Of a DNA stretch of 64,000 nt, positions 1-13,400 are shown in pieces. Below the pieces are notes generated by a model, which was not told where the DNA came from, ran no database searches, and saw nothing but the letters and a program-made list of their open reading frames with translations. Every line of letters starts with the position of its first letter. The stretch's first letter is position 1. The stretch comes from Haliotis rubra (Eukaryota). The stretch spans positions 992,001-1,056,000 of the forward strand of contig NW_025767019.1 of the NCBI RefSeq assembly GCF_003918875.1, in the 5' to 3' direction. The position numbers and the translations under genes were made by a program.

Positions 1-279
1 GAGGGCATTGTTACAAAAAAATTGAAACTATTTCTCCGCTTTCAGAACTGTTTGTTTATGTCAACTGCCCTTGCAGGATGCGGTGAGTTATATACAGGAT
101 ACAAATCGGAAAGTAGATATGTCCGAACCACCCAATGACAGTGAACAGATTTCAGTATATGACGTGACTTCAAACTACTGGGAGGATCTGTCAGTTGTCT
201 CTGTCACTCTGTCATGTGGAGTTCTAATCACGACACGCCCTAAGTTGCAAGGAGACACGTATTAAAACCCAATTTAAAG

Positions 280-647
280 ACGCTTCCGGGTTCCTTACAC
301 AAGCCACACAGGTATCGACAGAAAAATGTTCCAGGTTTTCTTTAGAATTCGTATAACATCAGATTTCCATTAAGACTGATAAATCAGATCATCAATAGAA
401 CAACATATTAATCGTCATGTTTCCGAGAAACAGAAGCTGTTAGAAATTTCGAACTCGTTACAGAAGAAAGTGAATAGGGTCCCTCGACACAGATAAACCC
501 GGAAGTAAACAAAGAGTTGACCGCAATGACCTCGGTTATACGTCCACTTAAAATCGCTTGCTGGATAAACGGTTGACTCGCCCCTCACGTGGCGGAATAA
601 TCCGAACGTTACCGGTGAATACCGAAGCTTTTATTGTTTACCGAAAC
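280..647 (+). promoter_or_regulatory. Putative MED28 promoter / 5' region
   Basis: CpG-richer stretch upstream of the ATG with ETS-like CCGGAAGT (~500), CTTCCGG (~283) and E-box CACGTG (~586). TSS not determined. Confidence 0.35.
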
Positions 648-3600
648 ATGGCCGCCTCCACAAGCGATGGAGGCCAATCTCACATCATTGATGATTTGGA
701 GACAGCGTTTCAGGTTCAGACACACGACATTTGTTTTCTTACGCCCCTACAACTTAAATGTTGATGGAAACATTGATTGAATTTGACTGGACATGCGCTA
801 CCATGTGTTTTCTTAGCCCTGACTTTTGGAGTTGAACATTTCAGATGATCATGCAGTCACTTATCATGCAGTCACTTATTGGCACTGCTGATACAACTGT
901 CATGAGCCTGTAATAAATTGTATGTTGTCCACAGCCGATCTAGAGCAGTTGGTCGTTACCGGGTGCACAATGTTTCCTATTAGCAACTCGTGGTCTTAGA
1001 AACAAGGGACCAGTGTTAACAAAGTTAGTAGGAAACCACTTCAACAACACGACTAGTACGGTATGAAAAATGCAGTTCACCAGACGCAGCATACGCTAAT
1101 TGGCTCAGGATGTGGTTCTCTCTTTATCGATCTCCTGTGACTCCCCAATCCTTAGTTTAGTGTTTGCATGGGATACTCCGAACTTTAGCCCTTAAATAAT
1201 AAATTCCAACGAAGGACCCCATGCCTTACTAATCTTGGGGTTGGGCACCGTGGTGTTCATGTGTTAGTTATCTTTTTAAAGGAATTGATCCAACTCTGTT
1301 GTTATGTCATTTAAGTTCAAGAAACCCATCATCGTAAAACTGTATATTTAATAATCAATGATAGAGTGACAGCATAAGGCAGCTGCATATGTTACATCCA
1401 CATAATGTGTGATGTGATAATATGAAACCACTTAAACATGAAATCATATGAGTCATAGTAAATCATATATATGGTGGTCATGCCCATGCTTGTCGTAAGA
1501 GGCGACTAACAGGATCGGGTGGTCAGGCTCACTGACTTGGTTGACACATGTCATCGGTTCCCAATTGTACAGATCAATGCTCATGCTGTTGATCACTGGA
1601 TTGTCTAGTCCAGACTTGATTATTTACAGACCGCCGCCATATAGCTGGAATATTGGTGAGTGCAGCGTAAAACTAAACTCATTCACTCACTATGGTGGTC
1701 ATGGTTAAGACTCCAGGCTAGTGACCCAGCGAGCTTGAGGTGTTGGGATTGAGCCCACCTGTGACCGGGTGTAAAATCATTGGAGTCAACTTTGTGTGCA
1801 GACTCTTTCAATGTTGTCACAACCCCTAGTGTACAGTACACAACCCTGTGCATTTAAAAGAACCCACAAATCCGTTGATATATGACCAGATGGTGGCCAT
1901 ATGAATACGTGCAAACACCTAGTTAGGGTACAGCAACGTACAGTAAACTTTGTCAAAATACTGTGACTATGTCCCAATCCACCCATCTGTGAATGGGTAC
2001 CATTGTAAGGATGAGAAAGCTGCAATAACTTGGTGCACATATTGGCTTGCAAGGGTTGTATGATCCCCGGGGAGTTGAGATTGATAATACAATGTGCCGT
2101 TGAGATTGACATCCAATGATCGAGGGGATAAAATATCAGCACCTTGAGCATGTACTAGTTGCATGGATATTTGCGCTATATAAATATCTTATAAAAAAAA
2201 ATATATAACATGTTATGGGGTGTAGTATTTTTATATGATCAATTTCATTACAACAGAGTACACATTATATCCAGTATTCACTTTTAATTTATGTCTCTAA
2301 ATCCCACAAAACATAAAAGATGGTACACTGTTTAGTGGAGGAACAATTTCCATTTGCCAGAATCTTATCAATGTTATGATGATAAATACTTTAAACTGAT
2401 ATTCCACAATGTGCTATCTCCATTGTATGATGGCAAATACAACTAAGTTTAGAGCCTGATTATAATGAGATTTATGCCCAAATAGTCTCACTATCAACAT
2501 ACAGATAAATTCTTTTCCATGTTGCTTGATGAGAGAGATGGACATTGTGACATCACTTCCCAAATGCACCTATCTCAGCAATTGGGTCCACATTATTTGC
2601 ATAGAGATATCACTGTATATTTAGGACAGCTGTGGGATTACTGATCCTAAAGGTGTATTTTTGGTTTCAGAATTGCCTTGCCTTGGTGACAACCCAGGAG
2701 CATTTCAATGTTGTTGATTCAGAAGAGACGAAGACAGGTAGGCATTCATGGGGACACAGAATCCTTTTGGGTTGACCAAAATATTTTTTACAAAAAGAAA
2801 TGAATGAGTGATGCAGTTTCATGTTTAGTGCCATGCACTTTATATATCTGAAACTGTTAGATTCATATTTCCCTGAGTTGGCTCTGTTGAGTATTCATGG
2901 TGCTAACCATGTCTGGAATTACTGGTTAGGTTTGAAACCAAGAGGCGACTAAATTAGACCAGATGGTTAGGTTGGTTATGGCATTGATAGAACATGATTC
3001 ATCACACCTGGCTTTCCACCCATATAAAGCTCACTTACCACATTATGGTTGAAATACCGTTCAAAGTTAAATACAGATTGATTTCAGGGATAAAAACTGA
3101 CACTGTTGTCTTAGCTTGATTAAGCTTTTCTTATGTTAATGGTAACATTCTATTCCTAATTTTAACAGAATTACAAGGGCAGTAAAATAGCAATGAGATC
3201 AATGCCAGACGTGAAATATTGTTAAAGCCTTCTAAACCATGACAAAACCATATGTATAAATGGCAGAGCACTGGTACGTGTATGTGCTAATATGGGTTTC
3301 CCAGTATGACTGCTGCTTCAACAGATGGCATACAAACAAGTCTGGACTGAAACCTATGTGGGATTCTAAGATGCTTCGGTGAATGATCAAAGGTACCGAC
3401 AGTACTTTATCAGACGATGATGTGCACTTCTTGCATTACGTCACAATGTATTGGCGTCACTGCGCCATTCTAGTCTGCCCCCTCGTAACAGAACACTTTT
3501 GCATTACGTAACAATGTAACCGACGTCACGATGCATGTCAGTTGTCATCGCTTCGTACAGCCTCCTACCGTTGACTACTCCGTTGCATCCTGTTTCTTGG

Positions 3601-5673
3601 TTTGCAGTTGCTTCATTCAGCTAACATCACTGGTGGAAACATTATGTTTATGTTTTCCGATGGATAAAATGTCTCAGTAACAGTAACGTTCGCAATGTTT
3701 ACATTCCCACAATGCAATCGTGGAATGTCGCTTGACTGGTCAGCTTCATCTGGATGTACTGATCTAAACTTACGTTGGTAGTAGAAATGCGACGCTCATA
3801 TTGCCCCATATGGTTTACGTCAATCCCAGATGTAACTAAAATAATTTAGAGAAGATATTTAATCCGAATGTAAACCGTCATCAAACTGTTTATCATTTGC
3901 ATTTCTGGTAACGTTCGTCTTAATGTTGGGGGGCAGACATGTCAATAGAACAGCACATCAGTTAGCCCTGTGCGAAGATTCTTGATTTAGGTCACTGGCA
4001 CCGTCGTTTGTTTTCTGCCTTAGATTAATCGTAATTATCCTTAGAAAGTATTAAATTTTGCATCTTAGAAAATAAATACAGTCCGCTCTACCACCATTTA
4101 TTACACTATACATAGTGGTAGACGCGAACTGTATTTCTTAATTACAGACCTCTAAACTGCAGAGACATGTAACAGCAAAGATGTATCTTAACCTGTTCAG
4201 AGGCCGATGATCGGCCCCAAGTCTGCGGCCAATGATATAAAAAAATTCCAGATCAAAATAATATTTCCCAATTGCCCAGAATCAATAAAAATATGAACAC
4301 AAGTTTGTGCTAATTTGCATGTACATGGCACATAGTTTGAATCATAGATAAATCCCTGAACAGTATCTGACTATGTGATGTGTATATGTTGCAGGGGTGG
4401 ATCACACAATATCCAAGTTCCTGGATTTAGCTCGTCAGACAGAAGCATATTTCCTGAGCCAGAGACTGATCATGTCTACAGAGAAACCGGAGCAGGTGCT
4501 GAAGGAGGTGAGTGTCTCTGGCGATGTGGAGCAGTCTAAAGTGGCTGTACTATGTGATGTGTCATCACTCTGTATATTCTTGCTGACTAAATACGTCCAC
4601 AGCAGAATATATGCCTAGCAACCGATATTGGTTGTAAGAGTAATCTAAAATCATTGCCTGGCAACAAATACTTGAAGCTGAAATATTGCTGATTGCAGTG
4701 AAAACTAGTGTTGGGAATCGGAAACCAAATCCACTATCGATTATTGGAGGATTGTGGTGAACGATTATCGATTATAATCGAAATATATACATTTTTAATG
4801 TAATCACCAATGTTAAGGGTTTTTCCCCAGTTTTTTTCTAAATAATGGTTTTGTTTATAACTAATGCTGTCATGCAATGAAATGCACGCATGCAAGAAAG
4901 ACACTGGAATTGTAATTAAACAATAAAAGTGGTTAAAATTTTACAATGTGCATAGCTTTACGCTGCTGAGCGCATGTTTGTTAATAATTTTTAATCCTTC
5001 TTTCGATCGATTTTCGATTATTTTCAATCATCGGAACATCAGTAGTGAAAACAACATTCATCACTGTGTTCAACATTTCCATGGATAATATCTCCCCATA
5101 ACCCCCTCATTCCATGACCCTTACAGCCTATAACAACAAAGTTCACAGTTATGTGGGCAATCTCTGTATGTTGCCATTCATTATGTTCATTATGGCTCAA
5201 ACATATTCTTCTTCTAGGCATACTTAGATTCCAATGGGCATACTTAAACATCTTGAGGGCCTATGTTTATCCCAGTCATATCAACAAATGAAAGTTACAT
5301 GACAATTTCACTGTTTCAGGACATTGCAGACTTGAAGAGTGAGATTGAGAGAAAAGAGAAGCTGATTGAGAAACACCATGAACGTCTTCAGCACTGGCAG
5401 AACCTCCTCCGTAACATGCCTGGCACCGGGACACCCCAGCAACCCTCCCTTCACCAGCAACAGCCCCCACAGATGCAACAACCACCACCTCCCCAGCCCA
5501 TGCACCCACAACAGCACCCAGGCATGGCCCCGTACCCAGGCCCCCCCATGCCAGGCACTGTCCCCCAGCCCTTCGTCATGCCTCCCCCTCAACCTCCACC
5601 AGCATACCAACCAGGGCCCCTAGCTTACCTTGAACAAACCATGTCAAACATAGGTATGCCTGATCGAAGATAA
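648..5673 (+). CDS. MED28: Mediator of RNA polymerase II transcription subunit 28; 4 exons, 199 aa
   Basis: Exons 648-713, 2671-2737, 4395-4507 and 5320-5673 are all GT-AG with consistent phases (600 nt). The protein [69 protein letters not shown]...[35 protein letters not shown]...[14 protein letters not shown] matches human MED28 motifs (GVDQCIQKFLDIARQTE, GSLAYLEQ). Confidence 0.95.
1483..1690 (+). mobile_element. SINE-like element, family B (CCCATGCTTGTCGTAAGAGGCGACTAAC core, (ACTC)n tail)
   Basis: Near-identical to the copies at 32205 and 37653. Flanked by 13-bp TSD TATGGTGGTCATG (1470-1482 / 1691-1703). Confidence 0.85.
1691..2202 (+). mobile_element. Older tRNA-headed SINE with L2-type 3' tail
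   Basis: Degenerate A/B-box head. 3' end GCACCTTGAGC...GGATATTTGCGCTATATAAAT plus poly(A) resembles L2 tails. Confidence 0.5.
3410..4140. mobile_element. Probable non-autonomous element ending in a subterminal hairpin (family unresolved)
   Basis: CpG-rich block inside the intron. Inverted repeat AATACAGTCCGCTCTACCAC / GTGGTAGACGCGAACTGTATT at ~4074-4134. Confidence 0.35.
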
Positions 5674-6680
5674 CATGTATTAAGTGCTGGCCAGCATTGG
5701 TTTGTCTGATCAAAAATAGCATTGTGTCACGCACAATATTGGTATGGCTGGTTTAAGATGGCATGCATGAAGTCTTGTCCAGCATCAGTATGTCTGATCG
5801 CACATATCATGCACTGACTGATGACAAATATTGGTATGGCCAATTTAAGATGTCGTGCATTGTGTCATGTCCAATATAGGTATGGCTTGTTTAAGACAGC
5901 CCTTGTTAAACCATGTCCAACATTGGTCATGTAGAAGATGGCATGTGTTAAATCATGTCCCAACATTGGTCAGACTGAAGGCATGTGTTAAATCATGTCC
6001 AACATTGAACATTGGTCAGACTAAAGAAGGCATGTTAAATCATGTCCAACATTGGTCAGACTAAAGAAGGCATGTGTTAAATCATGTCCAACATTGGTCA
6101 GACTAAAGAAGGCATGTGTTAAATCATGTCCAACATTGGTCAGACTAAAGATGGCATGTGTTAAATCATGTCCAACATTGGTCAGACTGAAGATGGCATG
6201 TGTTAAATCATGTCCAACATTGGTCAGACTGAAGATGGCATGTGTTAAATCATGTCCAACATTGGTCAGACTGAAGAAGGCATGTGTTAAATCATGTCCA
6301 ACATTGGTCAGACTAAAGAAGGCATGTGTTAAATCATGTCCAACATTGGTCAGACTAAAGAAGGCATGTGTTATATCCAACATTGGTCAGACTAAAGAAG
6401 GCAAATGTCCAACATTGTTAAATCATGTCATGTCAACATTGGTCAGTAAAGAAGGCATGTGTTAAATCATGTCCAACATTGGTCCAGACTAAAGATGTGT
6501 TAAATCATGTGTTATACCATGTCCAACATTGGTCAGACTGAAGAAGGCATGGCATGCATCAAATCATGTCCAACATTGGTATGCATGATTGAAGATAGCA
6601 TGTGGTGTGTCTTATCCATCATTGGGCCTGATTGAAGCTGATGTGTGTTAAATCATATCCAAAATTGGTATGGTTTGATC
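5636..6680 (+). repeat. 42/46-bp minisatellite in the MED28 3' UTR
   Basis: Core unit AAATCATGTCCAACATTGGTCAGACTAAAGAAGGCATGTGTT, with degenerate 46-bp units on both flanks. Confidence 0.95.
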
Positions 6681-7108
6681 AGAGGGATATTTTTGAAGTG
6701 TTGTTACACATGGTTATGGCTGATGTCAAATGTTTGTGGGGCTGAATGGAAGTACCATTCTATATTTCATACCTAGAACAGAGGATGACTTGATGTAATG
6801 ACATTAACTGGAGGTGAGGCAGCACCTCAGTAAAACTCATTGCCCACATCAGTGAAACTCCCGTATCTGGGTACCTTCAGTGCCCATTCAGGTTGGCTGG
6901 TCCTCAAGCATTGACAGTGTTACTTGTAAAGACAGTGTTGACACAGTGTTTGTGAGTCTGGTAACAGAAACAACTAAACTAAATAACTAATGAGTATTCA
7001 GAAACATTAATATGTGTATGCTATTTGTCAACAATATGCAATCCAGCTGTTGCTTACTCAATGTTTTCAGGATAAATGCACTTGTAGTCATGTAAGTGCA
7101 AAGTTCTA

Positions 7109-7348
7109 CAGGGGTGGAAATAACCCATTGCCCCACGCCCGAGTCAAGTGTTTTTTTCTGTCAGGCAAGCAAATTTGTATATCACACTGTACCGGTGTCC
7201 AGTTGATGTTCCAATGTTAATTATGTTGTTTATTTAAAACATCAACAAGAAAACGGCCGGTATAGTGGAAAAATTATCAGGGCAAGTGATTTTACATGTG
7301 CCACTGTACCGGAGTACACTAGCAATTTTAAAGTTAATTCCACCCCTG
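7109..7348. mobile_element. MITE with 11-bp TIR CAGGGGTGGAA
   Basis: CAGGGGTGGAA ... TTCCACCCCTG, with TTCTA on both flanks. Confidence 0.65.
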
Positions 7349-7953
7349 TTCTAGAGTGCAAATTCAATTCAGATTTCTTCTAGTCAGCATTTTAGTGAGG
7401 AATATTGACAAATAACACACACATATCTGTTTTATTGAACATTCCTTCATTAAATTTCTTCAGTAATCCTGAGAATGAAGTGGACCATTCTGTTGTGAGA
7501 TATGAGATGTGGTAGTTTTCATGTTACATGCAAGGTGTTATGCGGACACAAGACGACCTACCTTCAAGTCTGACACTGATGGCAGAACCTCTACCTGTAC
7601 CTGCTGATAACTTGAAGGTTTAGACTAACATTGATGTATGAATTGTGTGTGGGATTTCAATAAATTTCATAATTCAGGAACTACTGTCTGTTGTATTGTC
7701 CGCTTGTGATGACTGAAAGCTCAACACTGTTCGCTGAACATCAGATTGGTACATGTACCAGTATACATATCATAAACACAAGTAATTTGCTTACATTGTA
7801 CTTGTTATTTTATAAACACCATAACAATATCACATAGAAATGTATATGGACAACAATCAGCATGACTTCTAAGATACTTATCAGATGATCAATTTCAGGT
7901 CTATTGACATTAAGTAGCTCAACTTGATTTGATTGTTAATTTGAATATTGTAA

Positions 7954-8460
7954 CAGTCTAAGTAACCTATTTGTTACACTGCTATACTGAGTCTAACAAA
8001 CCCTAGTCATGTCAGCTAACCTTTTCGCGACCTATGACCATCCAATCAAATGTGAGACAGTCGAACAGACTTAACCAATCACACAACTACTTGTTAGGGT
8101 TTGGCGGGACTTACAAAACGATTTTTGGATTTTCTCTTCCCTGGGTGCCGTTTCTAATAACATGGTTACTATTAGCTTACATTTCCGCAGGATGACTTCC
8201 TTGAATATTGACAAAAAACCGCAATGTTCAGCAACTGTTTACTCATTGCGTCCTCCATGTGTATCACTTGGAAGCAATCATGCGGAAAATAGCATTCATA
8301 ATTGTTTTTGAGGTAAAGGTATGTGCAAATGTTAACTTTCACAAGTTGGTAAGCTGAGTTCTGGATGGCCAGTCAAAAAGGTTAGTTGATGCGACCTTCT
8401 ACTAGGGTTTGTTAGACTGCAGTGTAACAAATAATACTGAGCCTGAGTTTACTTAGACTG
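7954..8460. mobile_element. MITE, Mutator-like (long TSD)
   Basis: TIR CAGTCTAAGTAA/TTACTTAGACTG and internal inverted AGTCTAACAAACCCTAGT/ACTAGGGTTTGTTAGACT. 10-bp TSD AATATTGTAA at 7944-7953 and 8461-8470. Confidence 0.8.
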
Positions 8461-9791
8461 AATATTGTAAAAGACCCTCACAAAAGAGAGGTCATCTAAA
8501 CTTGACCTACTCTTCTTTCCCCAGGTTCCACAGGACAAGAATTCTAATATATTTTTGATGATGAAAACCTCCAGTTACCCGTAATGTTTTGAGTGAAAGC
8601 TAAACTTTCAGAGATACATATGATTTCTCGAATACAAAATAATAAAGTATAGCTCTAACATTGTGGATCCTCCATACATCCTGTCATTTCTGTGCAGCAT
8701 GTCATCTGCACCTGAAAGGACGTACAAGATCTGAATATCTTCCGACACATCCATTGTACTCATGGTTCAGGTATACTGATGCACACTCCTATGGAATGAC
8801 CAATGACCTTCACGGAGCAAGGTATAAAAGATCTATATTTTATGAAATTGAGGGTGGAATGTTGAACACGGACACACAAACTCTCAATCATGCAGACACA
8901 TGGTTTTAAAGTCACACAAATTTCCAGTCTTGACGTGACTCAGGAAAGTATCTGCAGCAGACTGGAAGCCAAATACCTGAGTTGAATGGGGAGTCCAACA
9001 AAGAACACAGAATCCTTTGCCCCGTTGATGTTCAGAACAGTCCTGTGGATAACACGTCCTTTTGATGTTTGTGAGGTGAATATCCTTTGGCTGTCTTGTG
9101 AAAGTCCTTAGGATATCTTGTGAATGTTCTGTGGATGTTTTAATAATGTCCTCAGTATGTTTGTTGAAAGTCATATGGGTATCATACAGATGTATCTTGT
9201 GAATGTCCCCGTCAACTGTGATGAATTTGCTTCAGTGTTGTTTTCATTTTATGTTTAACGCCACACTCAGCAATATTCCAGCTATATGATGACTGTAAAT
9301 AATCGGATCTAGACCAGACAATCCAATGATCAACAGCATGAGCATCAATATACGTAACTGGGATACGATGACATGTGTCAAGCAACATCTGAAACTGATC
9401 CCGTTAATAATCAGATCTAGACCAGACAATCCATGGGTCAACAGCATGACCAATCTAACCTGTATCTTCACTGACATGTGTCAAGCAACATCTGAAATGT
9501 CCCATTAGCCAAGTGCTTGTTGATGTCCTGGATGTCCTGGCCAAGTCTTGTGATGTCCCAAATCAAAGTCCTATAAATGTTTAGTGATTATGCTTTGGAA
9601 GTCCCATGAATATGTCGATAATCTCCCATGAATTCTGTGAATGTCCTGCCCTGCAGTGTGGAGAAAACATTGAGCACACTTATCACATATCATCCCTAAA
9701 GTCCTTTAAAAGCATATCTGGGTATGATCACAGTGAGTCATGTCAACCACAAGAACAGTCTGAAAGAGAATTCTGGTCTAGTGTGTCATGG

Positions 9792-10389
9792 TCATAACAA
9801 CCGGAGGCCATTTTCTTCTTTGTTCAGCTGATAGGTTGCAGTTCTCCATGTGAGACCATTTCCTGTTGGTGAGTGGCATGATGGGAAGAGGATGTGTCGC
9901 CAGAAGGACCTGGAACTACCAAGATGTACAATGGTTACTATGGTTACATACCATTTGTAATGGAGTCGAACAGAATTAGTTTATATTCTCTCATGTGAAC
10001 AAAACCATCTTTGCATTTAGTAACTTGCATACCTAACATACACTTACAACAGTCGTAGTGCTATGGTATGCTGTTCTCTAGCTGTCATAATTAGCAATAT
10101 AAAGGTATTTAGGACCGTTCATAATATATGGCTGGGGGGGGGAAGAAAGGGAGAAAGAATGATGATTTTAAGTGGGGTTTCACCCATTTAGTTCTGGGGA
10201 GCTTGGGGGTCAGCAATTTTGTACACCATGCGTACTAGGGGTCAGCAATTTTGTACACACGCATTACTCAAGCAATTTTGTACATAAAAATATGTTCAAA
10301 ATTATGCTTAGAAATTATGGGAAGGGGAGGGGGTCATTGATTTTGTACTTGACATGCAAGGGGGGTCACTTATTTTGTACATAAATTTT

Positions 10390-10429
<40 letters not shown>

Positions 10430-13400
10430 ATTCACATTGTACATGCTCCTCCATACAAATCATCACCAGCCCCTAGCCATAAATTATGAACCGTCCCTTA
10501 CACCACCTGTTCCTCAATATGAGATATTTGCAGAAGGATACCACATTCAGCAGTACAACCAAACAGATTGTAGTTATCCTTCAACTGAGTATTAAGAATC
10601 TTTTGCAGCAGAAACATCTTACCTGCCCTTTTCTATACCAAGGAAGATCTTCCAGTTCTGTACAAATCCAAAGTCATAAGGATTCTTAAAAATCTGCAAC
10701 ATTAGGAAATATGAATGTCAGCTTTTGATAATGAAATCATGAACGGAAAGAGAAAGGTGTCCCTATCACCAGCGCTGGTTTTGTAGGGAAAACTTTACAA
10801 TGCTCCACAGTCAGCTCTGGACATAATAGGGATCCTCAAAGTTTACCATATCAACAATTTGTTACTTATAGACCCCTTCCATGGTCTAGTGGATAGAGTG
10901 TCTGCCTGAGAAAAAAATCAATGCTGGGTGCTTACCAAAAGACTTTAAAAAATGGTACCTCTTGTTCCCCTGCCTGATGCACAGCATTAAGGTGATAACA
11001 CAATTCCCCTGCCTGATGCACAGCATTAAGGGGATAACACAATTCCCCTGCCTGATGCACAGCATTAAGGTGATAACACAATTCCCCTGCCTGATGCACA
11101 GCATTAAGGTGATGATAACACAGTTCCCCTGCCTGATGCACCATTAAGGTGATAACACAATGCCTGATGCACAGCATTAAGGTGATAACACAATTCCCCT
11201 GCCTGATGCACAGCATTAAAGGTGATAACACAATTCCCCTGCCTGATGCACAGCATTAAGGTGATAACACAATTCCCCTGCCTGATGCACAGCATTAAGG
11301 TGATAACACAATTCCCCTGCCTGATGCACAGCATTAAGGTGATAACACAATTCCCCTGCCTGATGCACAGCATTAAGGTGATAACACAGTTCCCCTGCCT
11401 GATGCACAGCATTAAGGTGATAACACAATTCCCCTGCCTGATGCACAGCATTAAGGTGATAACACAGTGACAGCAACACCCCAGCAATGTGAGGGTGGAG
11501 TGGAGGGGTGGGGCAGGTAACATTTTGCCAGTTATGGGCAACCACATTTTCTGCATGTCCCAATTCATAATTTCAAAGGACCTCTGAATAGAAGACAATA
11601 AGAGGTTGTAATTCCCACTGTGAACAAAATGCCGTGTCCCAACACTAGATAACAGATGAAGTCTTCACTACCGTGCACCAACACTAGACCACAGATAAAG
11701 TCTTCACTACCACTAGACAACGGATAAAGTCTTCACTACCACTAAACAACGGATCAAGTCTTCACTACCACTAGACAACGGATAAAGTCTTCACTACCAC
11801 TAGACAACGGATCAAGTCTTCACTACCACTAGACAATGGATAAAGTCTTCACTACCACTAGACAACGGATAAAGTCTTCACTACCACTAGACAACGGATA
11901 AAGTCTTCACTACCATGCCCTTCTTCTTCAGCCTCTTCCTCTCCTTCTTGTTGATGTGCACCTCGATGCTGGTTTCTGCTTTGCTGATCATGAGTGCATG
12001 CCAGACAGTGAGGAGCCCCAGAGCGATGCACACCCCTGTACACAGCAGGAACTCAAAGATTATGGCATTGTGGATCCATTGTGCCTTCAGTTCAGGCTCG
12101 AACTCGTCCACACTGCTTGTCAACAAGTCCACCCCTGTCACAGGTACCACAGCTTCTGGTGTCACCTGTTTGCATGCAAACAACATTTAATGATGACATA
12201 AAATACTAAATTCTGATTGTCCATCAATCAGGCATCAAATCACAATAAATACTTCAGGTTTCATGGGACTGTATATTACAGAAAAGACCTCTGAGTGAGT
12301 GAGCGAGTGAGAGCGAGCGAGCAAGACAATCCAGTGATCAACAGCATGAGTCTGCGCAATTGGGAACCGATGACATGCGTCAACCAAGTCAGCTAGCCTG
12401 ACCACACAATCCCGTTAGTCGCCTCTTACGACAAGCATGGTTAGTACATTATGGAGGTGGTACACAAAGCAGGTGGTACATTATGGAAGATCTATAACAT
12501 GCCACCATGTTTAAATGAAGACTGCACCAGGTACATTGAGAAAATTCACACCTGAATTGTACCCTGCAGATATAGTTAGACATTACCTTTTTGGAACTCC
12601 AAACATCCCAGGCGAGATTTAGAGGATTAACTAATCCAGGGAAAACAATGTCCTGAAACAGAAACATTCTGTCAGAACAAGAACAACCGACTGTTGCCGT
12701 CATGCTACTCTATGGCTTGTAAATATTCCATTTGAATGTGGATTATTGTGATTAGGGATGTCACAATGCAGCAATCGCCTGACATGATATTGTAGTACTT
12801 AATTGGCTGCAAAATTGCTTGAATTTTCTTGACTGTCTGGTTTCATGACTGAAGAAAGACCTGTCTTATTTCTGTTAAACTTAATTTCAGATAAAACTTC
12901 AATTTCAACACCAGTTAGAAAAAAACTAGAGCAAAATTTTAAGAATATACATGGAGAATTCAAATCAGAATAGATACAAGATTAAACTATGAATCAATAA
13001 ATGTAGGTTTGTACTGCATAGAGTAAATAACATTTAGATCGAAGCTTGGGAGAAGGCTTACCTTTGTGCCGTAGAAGTGCTGTTTGAAGAGGGTGTAGCC
13101 AACGCTGCTGACATACATGGTACCTGTCCACATGTATACACAGAACATGAAGAAGTAGCGGTGGTTGTAGAAACCGACGCAGTTGTTCAGCCACGCTGCC
13201 AAGGGTTGAGGAAAACTAGCTGGAGGAGAATGTGTACTGAGAATCAGATGATCCCTGACAAATGACGAAATGTATACACAATATATGTTCAGAGTAGCAC
13301 AGGTTTCTGGAAAATATCATGCAGCGTATGTTGGAATAGATTTGTACTATGACAACAAGAGATTTATTAGTTAAAGATGGTCCCCAGGAAATATTGAACA

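Noticed and set aside
6021-6465. Repetitive ORFs and a CRISPR-like look of the arrays (also 10886-11598, 38072-38479)
   Set aside because: Head-to-tail tandem repeats with no unique spacers and no cas genes, in a eukaryotic context.
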